A stretch of 64,000 bases of DNA, taken from contig NC_086108.1 of the NCBI RefSeq assembly GCF_963921235.1, positions 72,046,001 to 72,110,000 on the forward strand, read 5' to 3'. Below are positions 12,787-24,600 of this stretch, piece after piece. The first letter of the stretch is position 1; each line of letters starts with the position of its first letter. The DNA is from Mobula hypostoma. Its lineage: Eukaryota. A model generated the notes under the pieces. The model saw only the letters and a program-made list of their open reading frames with translations. It had not been told where the DNA came from and did not search any database. A program made the position numbers and the translations under genes.

Positions 12787-13180
12787 AATAAAATAGTTAG
12801 TTTGAATTACTGAATATTTTCCAGTATTTAAGATGAGCTACCAAGACTCTAACTTCACAGATTTTCATTTTCATTATTATTCAGAGCAACATTTAATTCC
12901 TTTGCCTAATTCACCTTCTGTTTGGTTCTTGAGCCCCATGATGAATACATGGGTCTTCTCTGAACGACTTGATCTTTTACCAGAACCAAGTTATCTTTGC
13001 CTGTTGGTGAGGTACAGAAAAATGGTTCAGGTTTCCAAAGCTGTCTGCTGTCCTGGACCTGTACAGCAACACCTTCAGAAATGGAAGAACGGGGATAATT
13101 GGTGATCAGATACGATTTCCGATAACAATTGTCAGCAATGCATATAGTTTCAAATCTATTAATTAAATATACACAAGACA

Positions 13181-14160
13181 TTTCAAAGTTTTAAGTGAAT
13201 TTATTATCAAAGTACATATATGTCACCATATACAACGTGAGATTCATTTTCTTGCAGGCATTCTCAGTAAATACAAAGAACAACAGAATCGAAGAAAATC
13301 CTTACACAACAACATAGATAAGCAAAATAATAATAATAAAAAATAAATAAACAATAATCATGGGATGAAGAGTCCTTGAAAGTGTATCCATAGGTTGTGG
13401 GAACAGTTCAGTGTTGGGCTGAGTGAAGTTATCCACTCTGGTTCAAGGGTGATAACTATTCCTGAACCTGGTGGTGTGGGTACCATCACTCCTTCCTGAT
13501 GGTAGCAGTGAGAACAGAACATGGTCTGGATGGTGATGGTCCCTGATATGGATGCTTCTTTCCTGCGACAGTGCTTCCAATAGATGTGCTCAATTATGGG
13601 GAGGGCTATACCTGTAATGGACTGGGCTGTCTCCACTACATTTTGTAAGCTTTCATGTTCAAGGGCATTGACGTTTCGTACCAGGCTGTGATGGAAGCAG
13701 TCAGTGCACTCTCCAGCTCACATCTATGAAGTCTGTCAAAGTTTTAGATGACATGCCAAGTCTTTGCGAAGCTGATAGAAAGCAGAAGCTCAGCTGTGCT
13801 TTCTTTATAATGGCACTTGAGTGCTGGACCCAGCAGAGACCCTCTGAAATGATAACACTGAGGAATTTAAAGCTGCTGACCCTCTCCACCTCTGATCCCC
13901 CGATGAAGGCTGGCTCAGGGACCTCCGGCTTCCTCCTCCTGAATCAATAATCAGCTCCTCGGTCTTGCCGACGTCGAGTGAGAGGTTACTGTTGTGGCAC
14001 CACTCAAACAGATTTTAAATCTCCCTCCTATATGCTGATTTTGTCGCAATCTTTGATTCAGCCAGTGAGTGTTGTTGTTGGCAAAAGCTCACTAAATATG
14101 ACATTGGAGCTGTGCCTATCCTCACAGTCATGATTATAAAGTGACTGGAGCAGGGGGTAA
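13181..14160 (-). mobile_element. Rex1/Babar LINE 3' fragment
   Basis: ORF 13701-13889 ERVSSFKFLSVIISEGLCWVQH; ORF 13358-13636 ETAQSITGIALPIIEHIYWKHC; tail matches 880-1200. Confidence 0.85.
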
Positions 14161-14689
14161 CTTTCAGATTGCATAGACTTTTATAGTAATGCGCTCCAGG
14201 AGAGGGAAGCTTGGTCAACCAGCACTACCAGCTCTGAGTAAATTAGTGAGGTCACATTACCAATTCTCCGTTCAAACTACTTGAACTTCAAGGGAAAAGA
14301 CTCTGCTTCCAGCAGTCAGATAGCTGCATCCATACAGCATGCGTATCCAGCTGGTAACCTTCTAGCTGAAACTTAGCAGAGTCATAAATCACTACATTGG
14401 GCAACTGTTCACTCTAATGTGAAATGAATTCTTATCTCCTTACATTGCAAGGATCTGGTCTGCATAAAAAGAATGATGATAAATTTCGTATTGCAATCAA
14501 ACCACTGATCGGGTGTGCCCCGATTATTGAGTAGCTTAGCATGGCTCTGCCATTTTTTACTGCTTCTTCTAAATATTGCAATTAATGATCTGTGTCAATA
14601 GTCACTTTGTTATGACTTTACAGTTCTGATTCGTTTTCCTAGTCTGGATAGAGTAAAGGTGGGAATTGATGCCAATTCAATGGTTGCAG

Positions 14690-15252
14690 TACTATAATGT
14701 TGCAGCTCTTAAACCCTGGTTAGACCATACCTGGAACGTTGTGTTCTGTTCATTATAGGAAGGACATTGATGCTTAAGAGAGCATGGAGAGGAGATTTAC
14801 TGGGATGCTTTCTGGATTAGAAAGCATTCCTTATGAGGATCGGTTGAGCAAGCTAGGACTTTTCTCTTTGAATCAAAGGGGGATGAGAGGTGACTTGATG
14901 GAGGTGTACAAGATAATAAAAGTCATAGATGGAGTGGAGATCCAGAGACATTTCCCTAGAGGCAGAAATGACTAATAGGAGGAGACAAAATGTTAAGGTG
15001 ATTAGAGGAAAGTATAGGGGGCAATCAGAAGTACGTTCTTTACGTAGAGAGTGATGAATGCTTGGAACATCCTGCCAGGGGTGGTGGTAAGGGCAGATAC
15101 ATCAAGAAACTCTTAGATAGCCACATGGATGCTATGTTTGTAGAAAAATGGAAGGCAATAAGGGTGGGAAGGGTTAAAATGTTCTCAGAATAGATTACGA
15201 GGACAGCATAACATCAAGGACCAAAGGGCCTGTACTGAGCTGTAATGTTCTA
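14690..15252 (+). mobile_element. CR1 3' fragment whose (TGTTCTA)n tail was split by the Tc1 insertion (resumes at 17385)
   Basis: ORF 14784-14975 ERRFTGMLSGLESIPYEDRLSKLGLFSL...RGDLMEVYKI; tail TGTAATGTTC-TA...TA-TGTTCTA. Confidence 0.85.
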
Positions 15253-15467
15253 CACTTACACGAAAAAGTTTGGGAATTCTTTGCAATTACCTGGTTTTCA
15301 GCATTAATTATGAAATATAATCTGATCTTCATCTAAGTCACAACAATAGACAAACACAATCTGCCTAAACTAATAACACAGAAACAAATGTACTCTTCAT
15401 GTCTTTATTGAACACATTGTTTAATCATTCACAGTACAGGCTGGTAAAAGAATGTGAACCCTTATAT

Positions 15468-16468
15468 TTAATAGCTGGTAGTACCGCCTTTAGCAGCAAT
15501 AACCTCCACCAAATGTTTCCTGTAGCTGCTGATCAGACTTGCACAATGGTGAGGAGAAATTTTAGACTATTCCTCCATACAAAACTGTTTTAGTTCATCA
15601 ATATTTCTGGGATACCTTGCATGAACAGTCCTCCTCAGGTCATGCCACAGTATCTCAGTTGGGTTAAGGTCTGGACTCTAACTTGGTCATTCCAAAACAT
15701 GAATTTTCTTCTTTTTAAACTATCTGTTGTTGATTTACTTTTGTGTTTCTGATCATTGTCTTCTTGCATCAACCAATCTCTACTAAGCTTCAGGTGACAG
15801 ACCACTATCCTGACATTCTCCTGTAAAATGTCTTGTTATAATTTTCAGTTCATTGTTCCCTCTATGACTGCAAGCTGTCCAGGCTCTGAGGCAGCAAAGC
15901 ATCCCCAAACTATGATGCTCTTTCCACCATGCTTCACAGTTGGGATGAGGTTTTGCTGTTGGTGTCCAGTGCTCTTTTTCCTCCAACCATAGCAGTATGC
16001 ATTTCTGTCAAAAAGTTCAACTCTTGTCTCATCCATCCACAGAACAATGTCCCAGAAGAATTGTGAAATATCTAGGTGGAATTTGCAAACTTGAGACATG
16101 CAGCAATATTCTTTTTTTTTTGGAGAGTCGTAGTTTCTCTGTGCTGTCCTTCCATGAACACCCTTCTTGTTCAGTGTATTCCTTATACTGGACACATAAA
16201 CAGAGACTTTAGCAAGTTCTAGATATTTCTGCAGGTTTTTTGCTGTTACCCTTGGGTTCTTTTTCACTTCTTTCAGCATTGCACGTTGTGTTCTTGGTGT
16301 GATCTTTGCACGACTCCTGCTCCTAGGGAGAGTAACGACAGTATTGAATTTCCTCCATTTGTAGACAATTTCTCTTACTGTGGGCTGATGAACACTCAGT
16401 TCTTTAGAAATGGTTCTGTAGCCTTCTCCAGCTTTATGCACCTCTGAAAGTTGTTTTGATCGAGGCAT
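15468..16468 (-). pseudogene. Tc1 DD34E-type transposase, disrupted
   Basis: MPRSKQLSE...HTH region, WMDET, PTVKHGGKSIIVWGCF, LMQEDNDQKH, SPDLNPTEILW; premature stop at 15845. Confidence 0.9.
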
Positions 16469-16809
16469 GGTGCACATAAATAGATCTTTCTTAAGAACTG
16501 CAAGCTCTGTTAGTAAGCATCCTGACTCTGTGAGTCTTTTTCATAGGGCAGGACACCTTTACAATCCACACTTCCAATCTCATCTCATCGATGGGAACAC
16601 CTGACTCTGAATAGCTTTTGTAGAAGGCATTATGCCAGAGGTTCACATACTCTTTGAACCTAGATTGTGATTGTTTCAATGGTGTACTCAGCACTGATGA
16701 GAAGAAGTACAGTTGTTTGTGTGTTATTAGTTCAGGCAGATTGTGCTTGTCTATTATTGTGACTTAGATGAAGATCAGACCACATTTTATGAGTAATTAA
16801 TGCAGAAAA

Positions 16810-17336
16810 TTAAAGCATTCATTTCAAGGGGACTAGAATATAAAAGCAAGAATATAACATTGAGGCAGTATAAAGCACTGGTAAGGCCTCAGAGTGTTGT
16901 GAGCAGTTTTGGGCCTCTTATCTTTGAAAGGAGGTTCACGGAAATGATTCTAGGATTAAACTGTTCGTCATATGAAGACCATTTGATGGCTCTGGGTCTG
17001 TATTCACTGGAATTCAGAAGAATGAAGGGTGATATCATTGAAACCTATCAAATGGTGAAATGCCTTGATGAAGTGGATGAGGAGGGGTTGTTTCCTATGG
17101 TAGGAGAGTCTAAGACCAGAGCTCACAGCCTCAGAATAGAGGGGCATTCTTTTAGAAAAGAGATGAGGAGGAATTTCTTTAGCCAGAGAGAAGTGAATCT
17201 GCTATGGAGGCCAATCCTTTATGCATATTTAAGGCAGAGGTCAATAGATTCTTGATTGTTCAGGGCATGAAGGGCGGAGCAAACTCGATGGGCCAAATAG
17301 CCTAAATCTGCTGCTATATCTTATGGTCCTATGGGC
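16810..17336 (+). mobile_element. CR1 3' fragment inserted into the right TIR of the Tc1
   Basis: ORF 16800-17255 AFISRGLEYKSK...YKALVRP...LGLYSLEFRRMKGDIIETY; TIR sequence continues on both sides. Confidence 0.85.
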
Positions 17337-18944
17337 TTAAAGCCAGGCAATTGCAAGGGGTTCACAAACTTTTTCTTGCAACTGTATGTTCTATTATAGA
17401 ATCAGCCAGGTTAATTAAAACAAAACACTTCCAAAGAATCACTTGAGTTCTATAAGTGAACTTCAGGTAAGTATAGCAGTATTTCATGTTTCAACAAGAA
17501 GCATTCTCAACCCAGTACCTTACTGAATTGAGTCTGCTTCACACGTGAGCTAGGAAGAGATGTCAACGCCAAGCCCGAGCCTTTCTTATGTGTGCACATA
17601 GAGATATTATATGAAGATCACTGCTCAGCAATCAGATATGGGAACCCTGGCTAGTTTATTCCTGTATTTTCCCTAATTCAGAAATATGAGGCTACTGTTC
17701 ACTCCTGACTAGATCAAGTTGTGATCTAGTAACAGTGCAAATAGTGTATACAACGGACGAGACATGTGGAGCTTGTAGGTGTTTTTTTAAAATTGTGCAG
17801 CTAGCATTCACCTGAATAAATCAAGAGCAAGTTTAAAAGAAAACATACAAAGCTGAAAACTTGCCATATGTGAACGCTGCCTTCTAGGGCTCTGTAGATT
17901 ACAGAGAGAGTCTTGCCAGCCAAATTGCAACTGCCTGCTTTTGGGCGTTGAGTCACCACGAAATCTCTGACTTCAGTACGTTCACAAGCAATGACAGAAG
18001 TTTGAGATGGCTCAGCATCAGTCACACATGTTGTCTTGTGCAGTCCACCGGCAGAGACAGTCTTGCCAGGAATCCCCAGCATGATGTTGTGGACACCTAC
18101 TGATTTCAAAGAGGATTCTAGGCTTGCAGAGTGCAAGGCCAAAAGTCCTTGTTTCACTTAATCTTACCCTTCACAATTATTTCTGTGTTTTCTATTTTAA
18201 AAATTTCTTATGTTTTGCTACTTGCATTTTAATGGATTTTGTTTGAATTTAAATGTCATGTTCAGAAACATTTTAATGACTGTTAGTGTTAACGATGATT
18301 TAACAGGAGGCAAACTTTCACCTTGGAAATGTCATTGGCACTGCACTGCCCGAGGCCTGATTGCTGATGGATTTTGTTGCCTGATTCAAGCCTGCAGAGG
18401 GCCAGGTAAGGGCCGGTGTGTGGAGAACATGGGCTGCATTATCTAGTCCATTTTATTTATATGCATTTGTACACCTTGATATCAACACTTTTCTAACTTC
18501 AATCACTGACTTTTTTTTGTGCCCCATTTAGTATATATCTATAGCAATACACCAAAATAGGACTTTCCTCTTGCAAAGTACGCATGATTGTGATCTTCTT
18601 GCAGTTGGGTACAACAATTATGTTTTATTTGAGCTTTCATGTCTCTCTGGATTGGTACCATTTAAATTTATGAACAAAACAGCTGATAAAAATAGTACCT
18701 TCTGAAAAGACATTACTCATTACCCCATGAAATTTACTAGAAATTATTTAGTTTGAGAGAGAAAATTATGATGTGGCTGTACTCAATACTGTATTTCCTT
18801 GTGCTGCAGAAGGAAACCTTTCAGCCTATCAAGTACATGCTGGCAGTCTGAGCAATATCTTTCTCCAACTTATTTCCCAAAACCTTTTTTCTCTTGGAGC
18901 TGTCATCAGTTCTGCTCTGGTTCATCTAATACTCAGCTGCACTG

Positions 18945-19110
18945 AGGCAATTTACCTACCAACCAGCATATCTTTGGGATGTGAGGGAAAACCAGAAAGC
19001 ACAGGGAAACCAACACACCGCAGACTCCGTATCTGATCAGCATCTGATGTCAGGGACAAACCCTCATCACTGGAGCTTTGAAACATTGGCAATAACAGCT
19101 CTATCATTGT
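18945..19110 (-). mobile_element. Degenerate V-SINE fragment
   Basis: TCTTTGGGATGTGAGGGAAAACCAGAAAGCAC is the reverse complement of the V-domain seen at 51040-51080. Confidence 0.55.
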
Positions 19111-22100
19111 GCTCCCATTGAGCATGTTTTGCTTGAAAATGAAATGATATTCACAAATGATAAATGCTGAAAACCTGGGATCTATGTCATGAAAATATCG
19201 GGACTTAAGTAGAACTTGTAATTGGGGTAGCAGGAAAACGGTCTACAGTTAAAGACTGAATAGTTATTTGGTCTCAGAACAGTAGCAAAGACAATAGAAA
19301 CAACTAGACAGAAGCACAACCTGATTTGAAAGTACAAGTTATTTAAAAAGCGTATAAATATTGGGAGGAAAAAAACGTATCTAGCAAGATGTACAATAAT
19401 TATTGAGAAAGCCACCGAGAAAAGATCTGTTCAATATTGCTGATGACTTCTCGCAGAAAACAATAAATCTATTTCTTCAGGATTATCATTTCAATACAAG
19501 TATAAAATGGAACCAAAGTGTCAGCCAGTTTTACTAGTTCTAGAAAATATACCAATTCTTCTTGAATGGTCATTTGGTCATTCTTAAATGGTTCAGGATG
19601 ATGTGTTCCATTCCAGTCCTCTGGTTTCCGAGGTGAATAATGAGTGTTATGGGGATCCACAGATTTCGCCATAGCTTCAGCAGTTGGGTGAAATGATTAC
19701 ATTCATTGACTTTCCTTCCATTTCTTGTGCCCATTCTGCACGGAGCCTCCTTACTGAATTGCCTTGGACCAAGGATTCTCAAGAGGTGGTGGGAGCATTG
19801 GGTATTTTTGAAAGGAAACTTTAAGGAGGTCCTTGAAACATCTTTGCAGTCTTCCTAAAAACTACTTTATTTGATGGGACTTGGAGCAGACTGCCTCCTT
19901 CAGGAGCCCACCAACTGAAGTTGGCTGAGGACATTGGCATGGGGGAGATCACAGACATTACTTTACCTGCCCTGCGTATAAGGATTGTACAGAAGCAGAG
20001 TTGATCGAGTTCCTCCAGTGCTTTGAAGTAAGTTGTTAATTTCTCCAAATATTAGTAATCGAGGACTTGGTGCTGTAGTTGATATCTCCATTTTACACTT
20101 CCTGTTCCTGTGTTGGTCATTGCTGATGGACTACACCACTGATACTTGACCTTTTTGAGACATGGCAGTGGAATAAACAGTCACAAACTAGATAAAAAAT
20201 ACTTGCGCCTGAGAGGAGCAGAAGACATTTACTGAAGTTGTTGGATTTATGAGAGATAAACATAGAAAGAATTTGTTGGCTTTGGTAATTAAAAGCAGCA
20301 AGGACATATGTTTCAGTTTGAACATTTTTCTTTTGTCAATGGCAGTGTGAAACTCATGATCCAATTGAATTGATTTCAGATTTCTAATTGAACTAAAGAA
20401 GAACAAAATCTTGGGCAAAAAGCAGGGGGGGGGCGGGAACTGATGTTAGCAGCTCCAGGAGAAACAGTTAAAGTAAAGAACTAGATTTTAAATGATGCCA
20501 GATATTTTCAGCAGTAGAATTCATAACTTGTGAAACATCATAATAGCTACTATGGCAAGGCTTCCAGACCTAAAAGTAAAGTCCAAATGCTAAAATGTCC
20601 TCAGAAGAAAAGGAAATAATAGACAGCACTCACTCAAGTATCAGTGAATCACAATGCAATGTCTCATTAGTTGCCAACTGACTGGCAGCATTAGAAACTT
20701 AGGAGTTAATTGTAAATTGAACCAGTTAGGTTTTTCCAACTGTGGTAGCCGTGGATGGGTCTAAAAAGGGATCTTGTCCTGTAATGTTGATTGTTTATTC
20801 CTCTCCATCAATGCTGCCTGACCTGCTGAGTTCCTCCATTTTGTGATTTGTGTGTGTTACAATAAAGGTCATGTTATTAGGCTCTGTTTTGTTTTTCTAA
20901 TTTGTTTTCAAATGAATATAAATGACATAGCATTAACTTAACCACACTTTAAGCTTTCTTCAGTATTAAGTTCTGGAAATCATACATATAATATTGCTTG
21001 AATGTTTCTTAAAATGCTAGAGCCAGCATTTCTCTTGAAAGCTCACTCTGGCAATTGTCAAGGTGGCCTTTTAAGCAACTCTATGCCCTTGACTGCAAAG
21101 TATCAATTAAATTATGACACATCTTTTATCCCTTTTTTAATAGTGCATGTAGCAACAATTTTCCCATTTGAGGCCACAAGTATCTTCAATCATTTTCCTA
21201 ACTAAGAAAGATCAAATACAACGTGAGTTTTCTCTGCCCTCTCTGGAGGATTGCTGCCAGCTGTAGATATGGAAAATAAAATGGAACTCTATCTTTATAA
21301 ATGTATCTTTTCCCATAATTGACCGTTTTTAAACTTGGATTACTTGGCTATTTCTTTCATATGAATTTTCCATCTGTAAACCTGAAGAACACAACCAGTT
21401 TTCAAATTAGGACTGATCCATGGTGCAAACATTTACAAGAAAAGCATTTAATTTATTTTGGAAGTATGCCATCCTGTTAGTCTGTTATCAATTTATACCT
21501 CCTCCTCCATCAATTTTAGTTATTTCATGACTTGCTCTACTTTGTTACTTGTATTCACCCATAAGGACATAAGCAATAAAAGCATGAATTGGCCAATTGG
21601 CCCCTCATGCCTTCTCCACCATTTGATAAGATTACAGCTAATCTTGTACCTCGGTGTCATTCTTTTACAATATCCCGATGACGATTAACATCTAAAAAAA
21701 TTCCATCAATTCCTGTTTTGAAATTATCCAGTGACAGCTCTCTCTGGGTAAAGACATTTCTCCTCATCCCTTCTCCTTTGATATATCAAATAGAACAGTG
21801 CTCTCTGTTGAATTCCGCTGCTTGGTCTTTATGCTTTGCACATTTGCATTCTTTGCATGGCAATTCCATTCTATCTCCTCAGTTTATCTTTTTCTTTATC
21901 TTCAGGGCCAGTGAGCGTAGGCAAAGGTTGATAGGTCAGAGAAGGGAGAGCTTTAGATTTCTTGCTCATAAGGACTGTTTCTAGGGAAGACAAAATTACA
22001 CCATCAAGAAGGATGGTTTGCACCTCAACGAGAACATCTTCTGTGCCCTTGCTGCTGCGGTGGATTTAAACTAATTGTCTGTGGAATGGCATGCAGAGTA

Positions 22101-22242
22101 GATGTACTGCTTTGGGGTGGGAGGGTAGAGGGGGTGGCAAGGAAGGGACATGCACATATAGACAACTAACAGCTTTGTCCTGTAGAAGGAGCAGGTCTGG
22201 GCATGCAAAGATACATAGGAGAACTGGAAGAACTAAATTTTA

Positions 22243-23396
22243 GAACACAGAACATTACATCACAGTAGAGGTCTTCAGCCCATGATGTTGTACCACATTT
22301 TTAAACCTTCCCTCCTACATAGCTCTCCATTTCTCTATCATTCTTTTGCCTACTTAAGGGTCTCTTAAATGTCCCTGTTTAGCTGTCTCCACTATTCCCA
22401 TGGCAACACATTCCATGCACCCACCACTCTCTGTATATTGTATAAAAAACCCTTATATTTTCCTCTAATCACCTTAATATTATGCCCCCTCTTTTTAGCC
22501 ATATCCAACTTGGAAAAAGACTCTTCCTGTCCACTTGATCTATAGATCTTATTAGCTTTAAATCTCTATCAAGACATCGCTCATCCTCCTTCGCTCCACA
22601 GAGAAAAGCTATAGCTCACTTAACCTATCCTCATAAGACACGCAATCTGATCCAAATCTCCTCTGAACTCTCTCTAAAGCTTCCACGTCCTATCTTTAAT
22701 GAGGTGACAATATTCCAAGTGTGGACTAAGCAGGGTGGCTCTTGAACTCAGTGAGGACTTAGATAGTGTGTTGTGTGTGGTTCTGGTCACCATGGAACAG
22801 GAAGAGTGTGATTGCACTGGAGTCTATGTAGAGAGGATTCACCAGGATGTTCCCTTGGACGCAGTGTTTCAGTAGCGAGGAAATACTGGATGGGTGGGGT
22901 TTATTTTCTTTGAAGCAGAGGAAGCTCGGTGGGGGTGGGGGGACAACTCAGTAGGGGTATAAAAAAGTATAAAATTGTGAGGGTATAGAAGGTGTGGTGT
23001 AGACATATGGATAGTGAGAAACTTTTTTCCCCATAATGGAAACAGTAAAATTCTGGGGCATAGTTTTAAGGTCATGAATAAGAGGGTTAGAAGGGCTCTA
23101 ATGATTTTCTTTTCATTTAGAGAGTGTTTTAAATCTGGAACATATTGCTTGAGTGGATGATTTTCACAAATTATTTTGCAACATTTTAGGAAGCATCTAA
23201 ATGAGTATTTGAATCACCAACACATCAAAGGTACAGACTAAGTGCTGGTAAATGGGATTAGTATGGATAAATGAAAGGTGTCAGCCCAAAACATCCACTG
23301 TTTAATCATTTCCATCGATGCTTCCTGGCCTGCTCAGTCCCCCCAGCATCTTGTGTGTGTTGTTTGGGTTTGCAGCATCTGTAGATTTTCGTGTGT
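22243..23396. mobile_element. Cluster: CR1 3' fragment (-, ~22243-22750), CR1 3' fragment (+, ~22755-23270), Penelope tail (+, ~23270-23396)
   Basis: Similar to the CR1 3' ends at 6660-7350 and 14690-15250; tail ATGAAAGGTGTCAGCCCAAAACATCCACTG...GCAGCATCTGTAG. Confidence 0.7.
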
Positions 23397-23409
23397 AGTG
23401 TGGATAGTA

Positions 23410-24600
23410 GGAGTTTGCGTTGATATGTATAGTGGGCTGTAGGTGCTGGTCTGGTTCCTTATGGTTGTTATATCCAGGACACATTCCCACTACCTATTAA
23501 ATGCTCGTAATGGTGTGCACCTCAGATAGTCCTTTACAACCAGGTTTGGCTTCTGGCCTTCATGTGTAGCTTAGCTGCTAAGCCTAGCAGAATCATTTCT
23601 ACTGACAGGAGAAGGGGCAAAGGTGGGTTACTGGCACCTTAAACCTAGTTGCTTTTGGCAGATGGGACTTGTCAGCCATGGTTGACAGCTCATTTAGGAG
23701 AAGGAAGACTCTAATCTCGAACCTCAAACACAAAATACCGCTTTTTCAAGCACCTCCGCTCCATCCGCCACAACAGACAGGATCTCCCGGTTGCCGCCCA
23801 CTTCAACTCTGCTTCACATTCCCATTCGGATATATCCATACATGGCCTTCTCTACTGCCATGATGAGGCTAAACTCAGGTTGGAGAAGCAACACTTCATA
23901 TACCGTCTGGGTAGTCTCCAGCCCCTTGGTATGAACATTGAATTCTCCAACTTCCAGTAATTCCCTCCCCCTCCCTTCCCCTATCCCAGTTTCACTCTGC
24001 CCCCTCCCCCAGCTTCCTACCACCTCCCTCATGGTTTCACCTCCTTCTATGATCCATTGTGTTTTCCCCTATTCCTTCTTCACCCTTCCTGCCTATCACC
24101 TCCCTGCTTCCCCTCCCCCACCCCTTTATCTTTCCCCTTACTGGTTTTTCACCTGGAACCTACCAGCCTTCTCCTTCCCACCCTCTCCCCACCTTCTTTA
24201 TAGGGCCTCTGCCCCCTCCCTCTTCAGTCCTGACAAAGGGTTCCGGCCCGAAACGTTGACTGGTCATTTCCACGGATGCTGCCCAACCTGCTGAGTTCCT
24301 CCAGTGTATTGTGAGTGTTGTTAATCTCAAACCTCAACTGCCTTGTGGCTATACCCATTCACGGGGAAGGATTCAGGAGTAAACCCTGAGGGAAAAATCC
24401 GAAGCTGGATCCCCTAAGGCAGTCCTACACTGAGTTCCATGCCGACTACCAACTCCTGTGATGCTGCTGGTGCCAAACTGTATTGGTGTCTGCCGTTGCT
24501 TGGGGTTTATCTGCCATTCCTTAGTGTTGCCTGGAGAGGGGGGAGCTTGCTACATGGGCAACACAGTTCTCCTTATTGTGCTGGCCAGGCTTGCATATTG
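23410..24600 (+). mobile_element. Non-coding repeat resembling an RTE 5' UTR, split by a Penelope insertion
   Basis: Contains CATTTAGGAGAAGGAAGACTCTAATCTC-AACCTC, which I associate with RTE 5' regions (recalled, not searched); it reads continuously once 23728-24337 is removed. Confidence 0.4.
23728..24321 (+). mobile_element. Penelope-like 3' fragment with hammerhead motif (24225-24262) and 16-bp TSD
   Basis: TAATCTC(G/A)AACCTCAA at 23712-23727 and 24322-24337; C-terminal peptide LRLEKQHFIYRLGSLQPLGMNIEF; CAGTC-CTGACAA-AGGGTTCCGGCCC-GAAACGTT-GACTG. Confidence 0.88.

Larger units (their letters stand above)
15253..17384 (-). mobile_element. Tc1-family DNA transposon, IR/DR type, TA TSD
   Basis: TA at 15251-15252 and 17385-17386; ~210-bp TIRs (CACTTACACGAAAAAGTTTGGGAA / TTCACAAACTTTTTCTTGCAACTG) with inner repeats near 15447-15461 and 16640. 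Confidence 0.92.

Noticed and set aside
14473..14560. Possible C/D snoRNA (ATGATGA followed by CTGA)
   Set aside because: No terminal D box at a plausible distance and no terminal stem.
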